NCBI GenBank assembly: GCA_963702895.1
Contig: OY969767.1
Location: 1,664,001-1,728,000, forward strand
Direction: 5' to 3'
Length of the DNA stretch: 64,000 nt
Origin: an uncultured Elusimicrobia bacterium
GTDB taxonomy: Bacteria > Elusimicrobiota > Elusimicrobia > 2-01-FULL-59-12
The notes beneath the pieces were generated by a model. That model made no database searches and had not been told where the DNA came from. It saw nothing but the letters and a program-made list of their open reading frames with translations. A program made the position numbers and the translations under genes. Of the stretch, positions 54,013 to 64,000 are shown one piece after another (positions within the stretch are counted from its first letter, which is position 1; each line of letters opens with the position of its first letter).

Positions 54013-54365
54013 TTCTGAGGAACGCGCTTGTTTTTGTCGTTGACGAAGACGACTTTGGGCGAGAAGGCGGGAACATCCGCTTCGTCGACCATGGACGAAG
54101 AGATGATAATGAGTTTATCGCCAATGACACCCAGGCGGGCCGCGGCGCCGTTCAAACAAATCACGCCCGAGCCCTTGGGCGCCGGGATCGCATAGGTCTC
54201 GAAGCGCTGGCCGTTATGGATATTAAAGACTTGCACCATCTCATAGGGGACAATATCGGCTGCCTCGAGAAGCGCTTGGTCCACTGCAATGCTCCCCTCA
54301 TAAGTGAGGTTCGCCTCGGTCACGGTGGCCCGGTGGATCTTCGATTTGCACATCCAACGCATCAT
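54009..54365 (-). CDS. panD: Aspartate 1-decarboxylase
   Basis: [15 protein letters not shown] cleavage site, LNGAAAR. Confidence 0.96.
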   Translation of the reverse strand: MMRWMCKSKIHRATVTEANLTYEGSIAVDQALLEAADIVPYEMVQVFNIHNGQRFETYAIPAPKGSGVICLNGAAARLGVIGDKLIIISSSMVDEADVPAFSPKVVFVNDKNKRVPQK

Positions 54366-54382
54366 GGTTGAATTATACCCTT

Positions 54383-54420
54383 AAAAAGGCCATCCCTCGT
54401 CCGTCTCCAGGCGAGGGATG
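54383..54420 (-). terminator. Putative intrinsic terminator after the ferredoxin gene
   Basis: catccctcg/cgagggatg stem followed by T-run on the minus strand. Confidence 0.55.
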
Positions 54421-54442
54421 TGTTGACGTTAGGTTCTGGCGC

Positions 54443-54784
<342 letters not shown>

Positions 54785-55027
54785 TTAGGTTGGGAAGTTA
54801 CGCCGAATAACCCCGCCAAAATACTACAAATCGACCAGATGTGTCAAAGCGCGAGCATTTCAATCGATATCGATCTTAGACTGCGAAGTAGTGCGCTCGG
54901 TGTGCTTCAGCCACATTGCTGTGGCACTACAGTCCCATTTCCGTCTATGAAATATACCGATTGACTTGGTGATGTACCCATAGCGCGCGTTGCGAGGAAT
55001 GATAACAAGTGATACGCTTAGACTACG

Positions 55028-55624
55028 ATGCTGAAAGGATTGATGACTCTATCATTGTGTCTGGGTCTAGCATTGGACACTTGCCATGCGGAAGGGCAAT
55101 CAAAAAACAAAAACGACTACTCGTTTGAAGGTATGGCCACGCAGGACCATGCTTTTTCCTATGAGTTTGCTGGAGGCTTAGTTTTCAATCTGATTCCCCA
55201 AGATGGAGGTTTCATAATCTCGGTTTTTCCAAAAGATCATCCGGAGCATGATTATTCTCGAGTCATAACACCACGTTCGCAACTAAACATATCAGCCAGC
55301 ACGAGACTTCCCCCGCCACCCTCATTGGATCTTAATCCGCAAGTGATGCCCCGATTGTCCACCACCGTTGATAGTCAGTCTATATCTTTTCTCTTCGTCC
55401 GGGATGAAGCCGAATATGCTGATTATCTTGAGGCTGGTCGCGCACGCAAGATGAAATATGAAAAGCCATGGATGCGTCGCATGGCGTCTGCAGCGCATGG
55501 ATGGCTACGGTTCGACGAACTTGATCGTGACGATCAGAGTATGCCATTGATTATCCGCCGGTTGAAATTTCACGGTGTCCTCTCGATGAACAAAAGACAG
55601 GCAATTGAGTCTTCGCCAAAATGA
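55028..55624 (+). CDS. Secreted hypothetical protein (AT-richer than flanks)
   Basis: Signal peptide, 198-aa ORF. Confidence 0.6.
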   Translation: MLKGLMTLSLCLGLALDTCHAEGQSKNKNDYSFEGMATQDHAFSYEFAGGLVFNLIPQDGGFIISVFPKDHPEHDYSRVITPRSQLNISASTRLPPPPSLDLNPQVMPRLSTTVDSQSISFLFVRDEAEYADYLEAGRARKMKYEKPWMRRMASAAHGWLRFDELDRDDQSMPLIIRRLKFHGVLSMNKRQAIESSPK

Positions 55625-55716
55625 GCCACTGATTCTAGCCCCTAAGAAGACAATCCACTCATTTGCACCTATCTGTTATTGTCATCAACCCTCGTATTCA
55701 CGCAACAAGCAACTAA

Positions 55717-55859
55717 CAGGCTGCCGAAAAAGGGTATCAATGCTTCTATTGACGTCACCCCGGCGGAAGCCGGGGTCCAGTACACCGACAATATTCTGGA
55801 TTCCGGCTTTCGCCGGAATGACGGCTTTAAGCCCTCCGGAAGGGTTTTTCGGCAGCCTG
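55717..55859. mobile_element. MITE-like unit with 15-bp TIRs containing a family-A palindrome (55754-55822)
   Basis: caggctgccgaaaaa / tttttcggcagcctg, flanked by CTAA and CTAG. Confidence 0.7.
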
Positions 55860-56074
55860 CTAGGTTTCTTGGCGAGTGGGGGCGGGTGAACTCTGAAGCG
55901 ACTGGTGGATTGAGTGAGCAAAGCCCGGCTTATGGGAGCTCGTATTCCGAATCCCGTGTGTGGGTTCGGAGACGAGCGGCCGGGCTGGCGGAACGACACG
56001 CCAGAAGTCTGGCGGGGCAATCCACCCCGGAGCGGAAGAGTTCACATGCCACCGCTCGACAGAAGCAAAGAGGT

Positions 56075-56815
56075 CTAAAGGCTTTTGAGGTATTCGCGGT
56101 TGAGTTTCGCGATGAAGTCCACCTTGATCTCTTTCGGGCAGACCGCTTGGCATTCGGATTGGTTGGAACAGTTGCCAAAGCCCTCGTGGTCCATTTGTGC
56201 CACCATGCGACGGACGCGGTCTTGGGCCTCCATCTTCCCCTGTGGCAGGCTGGCCAGATGCGTCACCTTGGCAGCGACAAAAAGCATCGCCGAAGCGTTT
56301 TTACAGGCCGCTACACAAGCGCCGCAACCAATACACTGGGCGGCATCCATCGCCCGGTCCGCGCTCGTTTTGGCGATGGGTGTGGCGTTGGCGTCTGGCG
56401 CGCCACCCGTATTGACGGAAATAAATCCCCCCGCCTGAATGACCCGGTCGAGCGCACTGCGCTCACAAACGAGGTCTTTGATCATGGGAAAGGCTTTGGC
56501 GCGCCAGGGTTCTATCGTAATCGTGTCGCCATCCTTAAACTTGCGCATATGGAGTTGGCAGGCTGCCGTTCCCGACTGATACTGAGCGCCATGCGGCACA
56601 CCATTAATAACCAGCGCGCACGTCCCGCAAATCCCCTCGCGACAATCCGAATCAAAGCTGATCGGCTCCTGGCCCGTGGAGGTGAGCTCTTCATTGACCA
56701 CATCGAGCATTTCCAGGAACGACATATCCGGCGAGATGTTCTTGGCGGAATATTCCACGAGGGAACCCGATGCCTGGCCCTGCTTTTGACGCCACACCTT
56801 TAGAGTTAAATTCAT
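56075..56815 (-). CDS. sdhB: Succinate dehydrogenase/fumarate reductase Fe-S subunit
   Basis: [26 protein letters not shown]. Confidence 0.95.
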   Translation of the reverse strand: MNLTLKVWRQKQGQASGSLVEYSAKNISPDMSFLEMLDVVNEELTSTGQEPISFDSDCREGICGTCALVINGVPHGAQYQSGTAACQLHMRKFKDGDTITIEPWRAKAFPMIKDLVCERSALDRVIQAGGFISVNTGGAPDANATPIAKTSADRAMDAAQCIGCGACVAACKNASAMLFVAAKVTHLASLPQGKMEAQDRVRRMVAQMDHEGFGNCSNQSECQAVCPKEIKVDFIAKLNREYLKSL

Positions 56816-56835
56816 CGCGAGCTTCTCTCTTTGCC

Positions 56836-56870
56836 GTCATCCCCCCCGGCTAACAATCCGCCGGGGTGAC
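56836..56870. repeat. Truncated family-A palindrome
   Basis: gtcatccc..ccggc..gccggggtgac. Confidence 0.7.
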
Positions 56871-56874
56871 ATCC

Positions 56875-58785
56875 TTATTTATAGCTCCTCGTTGCCAAAT
56901 GGACCTCTTCGAACTGCAGCGGCTCTTTATGCAGGACCGCGGGCTTTCCGAGACCGGCGTACTGCCAGGCACCGACGTAGCAGTAATTCGCATCATCACG
57001 CTTGGCCTCGCCGTCCTCGGTCTGATGCTCTTCGCGAAAATGGCCGCCGCAGGATTCATTCCGGTGAAGCGCGTCCTGAACGAGGAGTTCCGCAAACTCG
57101 AGGAAATCCGCGACCCGCCCGGCGCGATCGAGCGTCCGGTTGAATTCTTTGTCCTCCCCCGGCACATGGACATTCTTCCAAAACTCTTCACGGATCTCGG
57201 GGATCCTGGCGAGGGCTTTTTCCAGGCCACTTTTGTTCCGTGCCATGCCACAGTATTCCCAAAGCAAGTGCCCGAGCTCCCGGTGGAACGAGGTCACGGT
57301 GCGCTTGCCCTTGATGGAAAGAAGCCTGCGAATACGGTCCTGGACCTCGTGTTCCGCTTTTTTGAACTCCGGATGATCGGTCGTGATCGAGGACCTCTTG
57401 AGCGTGGCTAAATAATTCCCGATCGTATTCGGGAGCACGAAATAACCATCCGCAAGGCCCTGCATCATGGCGCTGGCACCCAGGCGATTGGCTCCGTGGT
57501 CGGAGAAGTTGGCTTCGCCAATCACGTGGAGCCCTGGGAGGCTGCTCATCAGGTTGTAATCCACCCAGAGGCCGCCCATCGTGTAGTGCACGGCGGGATA
57601 GATCCGCATGGGGTTCTGATAGGGGCTCTCGCCCGTGATGCGCTCATACATGTCAAAGAGATTGCCGTAGCGGGCTTGGACCGCGGGCACCCCCAGGCGC
57701 TTGATGGCGTCGGACAAATCCAGATAGACGCCGCGCCCGCCGGGTCCCACCCCCAAGCCTTCATCGCAAACAAGCTTCGCCGCCCGTGAAGACACGTCGC
57801 GCGGCGCGAGGTTCCCATAGGTGGGATATTTTCTCTCCAGATAATAATCGCGCTCACTTTCCGGGATATCCTTCGGCAAACGCGTGTCCCCCTTTTTCTT
57901 CGGCACCCAGACGCGCCCGTCATTGCGAAGCGATTCCGACATGAGCGTGAGCTTGGACTGGTGATCGCCTGAGACTGGAATGCAGGTGGGGTGGATCTGG
58001 GTGTAACAGGGATTGGCAAAGCACGCGCCTCTCTTATAGGCCTTAAACGTCGCCGACACATTACAACCGAGAGCGTTGGTCGAAAGATAATAGGCGGCGC
58101 TGTAACCTCCCGTGGCGAGCACCACGGCGCTTGCCACATGGGATTCGATTTTCCCCGTCACCAGATTTCGTGTGACGATGCCCCGCGCCTGGCCGTCGAT
58201 CACCACCAAATCCTGCATTTCCGTTTGCGGATGCATCTGGACACGGCCCAGAGAGATTTGACGCGAGAGCGCCTGATAGGCTCCCAGGAGCAACTGCTGG
58301 CCCGTTTGCCCGCGCGCGTAAAAGGTCCGGGAGACGAGCGCCCCCCCAAAGGAGCGGTTCCCCAGAAACCCGCCATACTCGCGGGCAAACGGCACCCCCT
58401 GCGCGACGCATTGGTCAATGATGTGATTGGAAACCTGGGCCAGACGATAGACGTTGGCTTCGCGCGACCGGAAGTCCCCCCCTTTGATGGTGTCAGAGAA
58501 GAGCCGGAAGACACTGTCCCCGTCATTGGGATAGTTTTTGGCAGCGTTGATGCCGCCTTGGGCTGCGATCGAGTGTGCGCGGCGCGGACTGTCCTGGAAA
58601 CAGAAACAAGACACCCGGTAGCCAAGCTCAGCAAGCGACGCCGCGGCGGAGGCGCCGGCAAGGCCCGACCCCACGACAATCACACTGTAACGTCGTTTGT
58701 TGGCAGGGCTCACCAGCTTCATCTCAAATTTGTGCTTGTCCCATTTCTGGGCGATGGGACCGGAGGGAATTTTTGATTCAAGCAT
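56875..58785 (-). CDS. sdhA: Succinate dehydrogenase/fumarate reductase flavoprotein
   Basis: [36 protein letters not shown]. Confidence 0.96.
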   Translation of the reverse strand: MLESKIPSGPIAQKWDKHKFEMKLVSPANKRRYSVIVVGSGLAGASAAASLAELGYRVSCFCFQDSPRRAHSIAAQGGINAAKNYPNDGDSVFRLFSDTIKGGDFRSREANVYRLAQVSNHIIDQCVAQGVPFAREYGGFLGNRSFGGALVSRTFYARGQTGQQLLLGAYQALSRQISLGRVQMHPQTEMQDLVVIDGQARGIVTRNLVTGKIESHVASAVVLATGGYSAAYYLSTNALGCNVSATFKAYKRGACFANPCYTQIHPTCIPVSGDHQSKLTLMSESLRNDGRVWVPKKKGDTRLPKDIPESERDYYLERKYPTYGNLAPRDVSSRAAKLVCDEGLGVGPGGRGVYLDLSDAIKRLGVPAVQARYGNLFDMYERITGESPYQNPMRIYPAVHYTMGGLWVDYNLMSSLPGLHVIGEANFSDHGANRLGASAMMQGLADGYFVLPNTIGNYLATLKRSSITTDHPEFKKAEHEVQDRIRRLLSIKGKRTVTSFHRELGHLLWEYCGMARNKSGLEKALARIPEIREEFWKNVHVPGEDKEFNRTLDRAGRVADFLEFAELLVQDALHRNESCGGHFREEHQTEDGEAKRDDANYCYVGAWQYAGLGKPAVLHKEPLQFEEVHLATRSYK

Positions 58786-58805
58786 TAACTTGTCTCACTC
58801 TTGAT

Positions 58806-58958
58806 GTCATCCCGGCGGATTGTAAGCCGGGATCCATCATGATAGACCCCGGGTCTCCACAAGCCCGGCGACCCTCCGCCACACGACAGGCGGAGAGCGC
58901 CGGGTGTGTGGCGCTCGGCCCGCCGGACGTCTGGAGGGCCGGCTTTCGCCGGGGTGAC
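58806..58958. repeat. Family-A palindrome with 90-nt nested hairpin inserts
   Basis: tagacccc[58851-58940]ggctttcgccggggtgac. Confidence 0.85.
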
Positions 58959-58966
58959 GCCTTTAT

Positions 58967-59635
58967 TCACTTCACTATCCCCAGCCAGACGCTCAGTGGG
59001 ATGGAAGCATAGCCAAGAAAAATGCTGTAGCCGATCGCTTGAGCCACCATTCGCCACTTGGACCGAACGCTCTCGTGAAGGATGCCGAGAGACTGCAACA
59101 TGCTATAGAGACCATGCGACATATGAGCGCCCAGGAGTAGATTCGCCACGATGTAGAGCAGCGTAATGAGCGGTTGCTGGAAGCTCAACACGACCATTCG
59201 GTAGACATCGGGGCGCCCTTGGGCGTCCAGGGCATGGCTCAATTGAGGGTGAACGATGTGAAGCGTGAAGTGGGCAATATGGTAGAGCAAAAAAGCCAGG
59301 ACGATGAACCCCGAAAGATACATGGTCCGTGATGCATAAGAAGCCTTGATATAAGTCCTGTTCGCGTACGCCTGTGGCCGGGCCGCGCGGTTCTCAAGGG
59401 TGAGGCTGACCGCCGTCAAGATGTGGACCCCGGTGAGCGCGATGAGCCCCAGACGGGCCGCCCAAAAGAATTCCCCAAAGGTCCGAAGAAGAGCGGCGTA
59501 TCGGTTCAGCGACTCCGGACCAAAGAAAATCCGAAGATTCCCCACCAGATGCATCACGATAAAGCCGAAGAGGGCCAGGCCAGAGATGGCCATCAGGTAC
59601 TTCTTACCGGTGGAAGTGAAGAAATAACGGATCAC
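58967..59635 (-). CDS. sdhC: Succinate dehydrogenase cytochrome b subunit
   Basis: GKKYLMAISG, HLVGN, His ligands, five TM segments. Confidence 0.92.
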   Translation of the reverse strand: MIRYFFTSTGKKYLMAISGLALFGFIVMHLVGNLRIFFGPESLNRYAALLRTFGEFFWAARLGLIALTGVHILTAVSLTLENRAARPQAYANRTYIKASYASRTMYLSGFIVLAFLLYHIAHFTLHIVHPQLSHALDAQGRPDVYRMVVLSFQQPLITLLYIVANLLLGAHMSHGLYSMLQSLGILHESVRSKWRMVAQAIGYSIFLGYASIPLSVWLGIVK

Positions 59636-59682
59636 AATCGGGGCTCATTTTAAACATTTTTCCAAGCACAAGCTACTCGAGG

Positions 59683-59856
59683 GGTTCGATGAGCCGTGGG
59701 TCATCAATCTTGCCGGAGTTAACCTGCGGCGACACTTCATAGGCCCTCATCGGAGGGGAGGGGTAGGGAGCGAGCAGCCTGTTGTAGTCGGACGGCTTGG
59801 AAGCGGGATCCAGCCACGCCCCTTCCCGTTCCCTGGGAATGATAATCGGCATCCGG
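59683..59856 (-). pseudogene. Duplicated 3' end of the SRAP gene
   Basis: Near-identical to 60809-60983. Confidence 0.85.
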
Positions 59857-60065
59857 TTAAGGGAGGATTTCCTGCGTTCTCGCCTTAGCTCTCTCGCAAT
59901 CTTCGCCACTTGTGCCGGACACGATGACAGCCAAGGTCGACGTGGGACTTAAGTCCCTTATTCACACCATTATGAGCCTCTAGACCCTTCCCAATTAACC
60001 TGTTCTTAACAGTGGACTGATATTTTTTATATATATTGCTCTATCAGTAGACTCGAGAGGAGACT

Positions 60066-60734
60066 GTGATGACGAGATATCAATGGACAGGGCTGGCCAC
60101 CTTCATATGGACCTTGGTTCTCGCCGGACCGGTGCAGGCGGCGAAGACCTATGGCAGTGTGATGACCGGATACTATGGAGGGCTGGGTTTTCTGGGCACG
60201 GTGGGGATCCGGGACTTTTTGCAAGATTCCACCCTGCGAGCCGAGTTTGGGATTGGATACTCGTTCGTGGATGCTGGCGAGCCCATGGCGGCACGCCGCG
60301 TATTCATCAATAATGCGACGAACGGCACCCCGCAAGAGTCGGGATCGGTCTGGAGTTTCAATCTGGATGTGGCGTATCCTCTGAAGCTCCGTAAAGGCCC
60401 CAAAGAGTTATTGGTTTTTGGCGGTATCCGCCACGCGCGATTCAAGGGCCATTTCGATTATGTGGGTGGCAATGAAGAATTTGATGTCACCAGTAACCCC
60501 TGGGGCTTGGGGGCTGGTGTGAAGGCCCTTTTTCCTCTCAACAAAAGCGTGCAAGTCGTTGTCTCAGGCGGGCTCGACTTTTTCTTTCGAGCGGCCATCT
60601 CGGGGCACGATACCACCTACAGTCCGGATAACAATAATATCAATCCGAAGGAGAACTACACCTATTCGGATGCGACCGATGCCGTCAATGTCCCGCGTTT
60701 CCGGCCCAGCATCATGATCGGACTTCAGTTCTAG
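60066..60734 (+). CDS. Outer-membrane beta-barrel protein
   Basis: Signal peptide, alternating beta strands, C-terminal GLQF; SD GAGAGGAG. Confidence 0.75.
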   Translation: MMTRYQWTGLATFIWTLVLAGPVQAAKTYGSVMTGYYGGLGFLGTVGIRDFLQDSTLRAEFGIGYSFVDAGEPMAARRVFINNATNGTPQESGSVWSFNLDVAYPLKLRKGPKELLVFGGIRHARFKGHFDYVGGNEEFDVTSNPWGLGAGVKALFPLNKSVQVVVSGGLDFFFRAAISGHDTTYSPDNNNINPKENYTYSDATDAVNVPRFRPSIMIGLQF

Positions 60735-60789
60735 AGGGATAAGGACCCGGCACAAGGTTGCGATAGACTCGCCCGTTCGACCAGGGACT

Positions 60790-61434
60790 TCACGGCTCTT
60801 TCTTCACTGGTTCAAGGAGCCTTGGGTCATCGATCTTGCCGGAGTTAACCTGCGGCGACACTTCATAGGCCCTCATCGGAGGGGAGGGGTAGGGAGCGAG
60901 CAGCCTGTTGTAGTCGGACGGCTTGGAGGTGGGATCCAGCCACGCCCCTTCCCGTTCCCTGGGAATGATAACCGGCATCCGGTCGTGGACTTGGGCGACA
61001 AGCTCATTCGCCTGGGTCGTGATGAGGCAAAAGGTCCCCTCCCCGTAGACGCCGGCGATGCCGAAGAGCTCATCCTGGACCAGGAACCTGTAGGGCACTT
61101 TCCTTCCGGCGGCGCCTTTCCACTCATAGAAGCCATCCGCCGGGACAAGACACCGGGCGCCTTGCAGATATTTTTTAAAGCTCGCCCGGTTTTGAAGGGT
61201 TTCCGCTCGAAGGTTCACGAGCGTCATCTTCTTATCTTCCGTTGACCAGGGCGGGACAAAGCCCCACCTCATCCATTCCATCTGGGCCTGGGCAGGGCCC
61301 CTCCGAACGATCACGGGCACCTCTTGAGATGGCGCAATGTTGTAGCGCGGCGGAGTAATTTTCGTGGTGGGGGCTACGGCAAAGCGCTGGGCCACCTGCA
61401 GGAGATCGCGTGCCATGGTGAAGCGACCGCACAT
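60790..61434 (-). CDS. SOS response-associated peptidase (SRAP/YedK family)
   Basis: N-terminal MCGRF, RYNIAPSQ, ADGFYEW, HDRMP. Confidence 0.93.
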   Translation of the reverse strand: MCGRFTMARDLLQVAQRFAVAPTTKITPPRYNIAPSQEVPVIVRRGPAQAQMEWMRWGFVPPWSTEDKKMTLVNLRAETLQNRASFKKYLQGARCLVPADGFYEWKGAAGRKVPYRFLVQDELFGIAGVYGEGTFCLITTQANELVAQVHDRMPVIIPREREGAWLDPTSKPSDYNRLLAPYPSPPMRAYEVSPQVNSGKIDDPRLLEPVKKEP

Positions 61435-61482
61435 GCCTTTATTATAGGGGATAAGGGGACAAACCGGGAATCTGCAGTTGTC

Positions 61483-61599
61483 GTCATCCCGGTGAAAACC
61501 GGGATCCAGTCCATCGTCGATGTACTGGATACCGGGTCTCCACAAGTCCGGCGACCCGGCCCGCCGGGCGTCTGGAGGGCCGGCTTCCGCCTGTATGAC
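61483..61599. repeat. Family-A palindrome with 48-nt nested insert
   Basis: tggatacc[61534-61581]ggcttccgcctgtatgac. Confidence 0.8.
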
Positions 61600-61686
61600 G
61601 GCACTAAAAAGACCAGACATGTCAGTCGATTAACCACGGTCAACCGAACTTTTCGGGCTAACGGCAGAGGGGATAAGCAGGTGTAA

Positions 61687-61837
61687 CGGAGTGTCGGGGT
61701 ACCGGAGTATCGAGGTACCGGAGTGTCGGGGTATCGAGGTATCGGAGTAATGGCAAGAGATCGGTTGTTATGATTTCGAACAGTTTCCTTGGTGTTACAC
61801 CGATACTCCGGTACTCCGTTACTCCGATACTCCGATA
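61687..61837. repeat. Inverted octamer tandem arrays
   Basis: (cggagtat-like)n at 61687-61750 facing (gatactcc-like)n at about 61794-61837. Confidence 0.85.
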
Positions 61838-61843
61838 GAGGGC

Positions 61844-64000
61844 TTATGCCGCCGCGTTGAACAAGTCACGCGTCTTCGCGCGGAAAGCGCCTCCCGCAGG
61901 CTCGCGCCTATTCGTCGGGATGAGTTTCGCAAACAATGTCAAAAACTTGCTTGACGGCGGAGTGGGGACCGCTGCCGGCGTCACTTGATCCATTTTCGGG
62001 GCATCAATCTTTTCCACAGCAGGCGCCATCAGGCGCGCCGCCGCGGCTTCGGCTTGTCGGGCCGCCCGCCGTTTGATGAGTGCCCTCACGCCCAGGACCG
62101 CAGCGGTCAACAGGAGAGCCCCTGCGGCAAGCGCCAAGGCCATCGGTGCCATGCTGGAGAGGGAAAGAGCCACCGACGGCGTCTGGTCGAGCAGCGGGTT
62201 CCCATGGCTGATCATCTTCGGCACAAGGGTGGTGGCCTCCGCGCCTCGAACAAGCTGCGCGCTTGGAACAAGCTGGCTGATAAACGTCGGCAATCCCACG
62301 ACAGCGAAGAAGGCGCCGACCAGTTTCCCGGCTGCAGATTTGATTGAGGGAGACCCAGTTTCCGCGTCGCGATTTTCCTGGGCGGCATCGGAGGGTGTAG
62401 CGGCCGCTTCCAGGGAGAGCGGGGATTCTGTAAGCTGGATCGGACCTGCGGATGGCTCAAAACCAACTTCTTGCAAACCTTCCAGCTTCGCAGGCTCCAT
62501 ACCCACTTCATAGGGCACATACCCCTTGAGTTCGTGCCATCCAGACGCCGTCATCGCTTGAACGGCGGCCTCCCGACTCATTTCAGGGTAAGCGCTGAGT
62601 TCCAGAAAGGCCTCTCGCATATGCGGCATCCCTTGAGGATCGAACAAGATCGATAGTGTTGTCGGCCCGCCAGCACCGAGAGGAAATAAGGCAATCCCCG
62701 CGTTCCTGGCTTCGGCAATCTCTGCCCCCAATGGATCGAGGGTATACAAACTCATCTCTCGCAACTTAGCTCCATGTTGAAAATAAAGGTCTCTTACCAC
62801 CCTGAACTGCGCATAGAAGGGGTTATCTTCGGACTTAAAAATGCGATTAGCCCATTTTTTGGCATAAGAAGGACCTCGTCTTTTCTCATGCCAATCCAGA
62901 GCGATGTTGATCCAGTGCAAGGTATTCTCATCGCGATTTCGCACATAGTGATCCAGTGCCCGGGCTACGCCATGCCAGTCTCCCTTTCGAAAAGCTTCCA
63001 CATACTCAAAGGTGAGGCGCACGTTGTCCAGATGTCTCGCTACGATGTAGGGATCGCCATCTTCAATGCCATCTGTCCACCCAATATTGGTCAGTGTCGC
63101 GAACCGGTTTTGTTCCGCTTTACCGTCCACATAGGTCTTTCCCGCCTGCAGCAGGACGGCATGCTTCGAAAACTCGGCGAGTCGGTCGGCAGGGAGCGGA
63201 ATTGAGACAAACCCGTTAGGGAACTGACCCTGTTCATCGCGGAATCCCCTGAGCCAGATGTGAAGATAGCCACCTCCGAGCAGCGTCGAGATCGCTTCTT
63301 GACCGCCGGTGAGTCCCATAAAAACACTGTTCTCCAGGTAAATTCCCAGATTGACCATATCGGCTTCGGAGAGTCCGGCACCGCTTAAAGCATTGGCGGC
63401 TTCGATCAAAGCCAGGTTAAAGGCGCCAGAGGTCCCCATCCCCCCAGCCAGGGCACGTTCATCAACATCGTCCAACGTAATCCGAATTCCTCGCAGGCCA
63501 AACAAGCGGAAAATATAGTTTGCCGCATCCTTTTGAGCAATACTGCCGTCTCTATTCGGCCGCGTCGCTTCTGTATAGACCGAATGAACGTTATACTGCG
63601 ATGCATCGTATTCGATAGCCTCCGGGTTATCGGATTTCTCAAAACTGACCTGAACCTTAAACGTACTGGCAAAGGTAGGCGTTGAAGAGAAACGTCCCAG
63701 GCCCTTTGCCGTCGGATTTCGCTGCTCGCGAAATTTACCTGGGAGATCATTGGAAGAACCTGCTCCATCAACACCACGCAGATAGCCGTTAAATGTAATT
63801 TTGGAATTGCCGATCATTCGAAGAGCTTCTTTCGCGCTCCGTGTAGGCTGGATTGAGCTTAAGGGCTCGCCAGCCATAAAGTCCTTTTCAGGCCAGAAAA
63901 GCTTAGTCCCCGCGGGAAGATTATCCTTATCAACACCTAAAGCTCGGAGCGTACGCTGTGCATAGGACTCTGCCCGAAGCTGATTTGTACCCCCCGCCGG
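61844..64000 (-). CDS. C-terminal part of a large protein with a GHMP-kinase (HddA-like) domain and C-terminal TM segments; continues beyond window
   Basis: GGMGTSGA, LGAGG; no in-frame stop between 63877 and 64000. Confidence 0.75.
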   Translation of the reverse strand, partial: PAGGTNQLRAESYAQRTLRALGVDKDNLPAGTKLFWPEKDFMAGEPLSSIQPTRSAKEALRMIGNSKITFNGYLRGVDGAGSSNDLPGKFREQRNPTAKGLGRFSSTPTFASTFKVQVSFEKSDNPEAIEYDASQYNVHSVYTEATRPNRDGSIAQKDAANYIFRLFGLRGIRITLDDVDERALAGGMGTSGAFNLALIEAANALSGAGLSEADMVNLGIYLENSVFMGLTGGQEAISTLLGGGYLHIWLRGFRDEQGQFPNGFVSIPLPADRLAEFSKHAVLLQAGKTYVDGKAEQNRFATLTNIGWTDGIEDGDPYIVARHLDNVRLTFEYVEAFRKGDWHGVARALDHYVRNRDENTLHWINIALDWHEKRRGPSYAKKWANRIFKSEDNPFYAQFRVVRDLYFQHGAKLREMSLYTLDPLGAEIAEARNAGIALFPLGAGGPTTLSILFDPQGMPHMREAFLELSAYPEMSREAAVQAMTASGWHELKGYVPYEVGMEPAKLEGLQEVGFEPSAGPIQLTESPLSLEAAATPSDAAQENRDAETGSPSIKSAAGKLVGAFFAVVGLPTFISQLVPSAQLVRGAEATTLVPKMISHGNPLLDQTPSVALSLSSMAPMALALAAGALLLTAAVLGVRALIKRRAARQAEAAAARLMAPAVEKIDAPKMDQVTPAAVPTPPSSKFLTLFAKLIPTNRREPAGGAFRAKTRDLFNAAA

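Overview
64-kb GC-rich bacterial chromosome segment. Gene style (FlgD/T9SS-like C-terminal surface protein, DapL lysine route, large multidomain GHMP-kinase protein) suggests Elusimicrobiota; this is an inference. It is mostly housekeeping: tolB-pal-cpoB, argF/H/G/D/B, dapL/B/A/F-lysA, panB/C/D, folK, nadB, uvrA, mutY, aspA, acnA, sdhCAB and four tRNAs. Layered over this is a dense set of small structured repeats: (A) bipartite GTCAY..RTGAC REP/RPE-like palindromes, two of them in frame inside uvrA and nadB; (B) CCGCCAC..GTGGCGG double hairpins inserted into tRNA loops, family-A repeats and dapF; (C) inverted 7/8-mer tandem arrays inside uvrA, nadB, dapF and argG and around a four-helix-bundle gene. 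The strongest finding is an IS110 element (51231-52478) inserted precisely into a family-A palindrome. Its left end can be read as a bridge RNA whose guides (CTTTCGCC / ACCCCGG) match that palindrome and whose second loop matches the element's own ends. Also notable: a three-layer nested tRNA-Glu locus, a GIY-YIG gene between tRNA-Ala and a hairpin-disrupted copy of it, a (GATA)25 tract, an archaeal Zfx-type ferredoxin lacking most Zn ligands, and TATAAT-N6-ATG leaderless-type starts. All calls come from reading the sequence only; no database searches were run.
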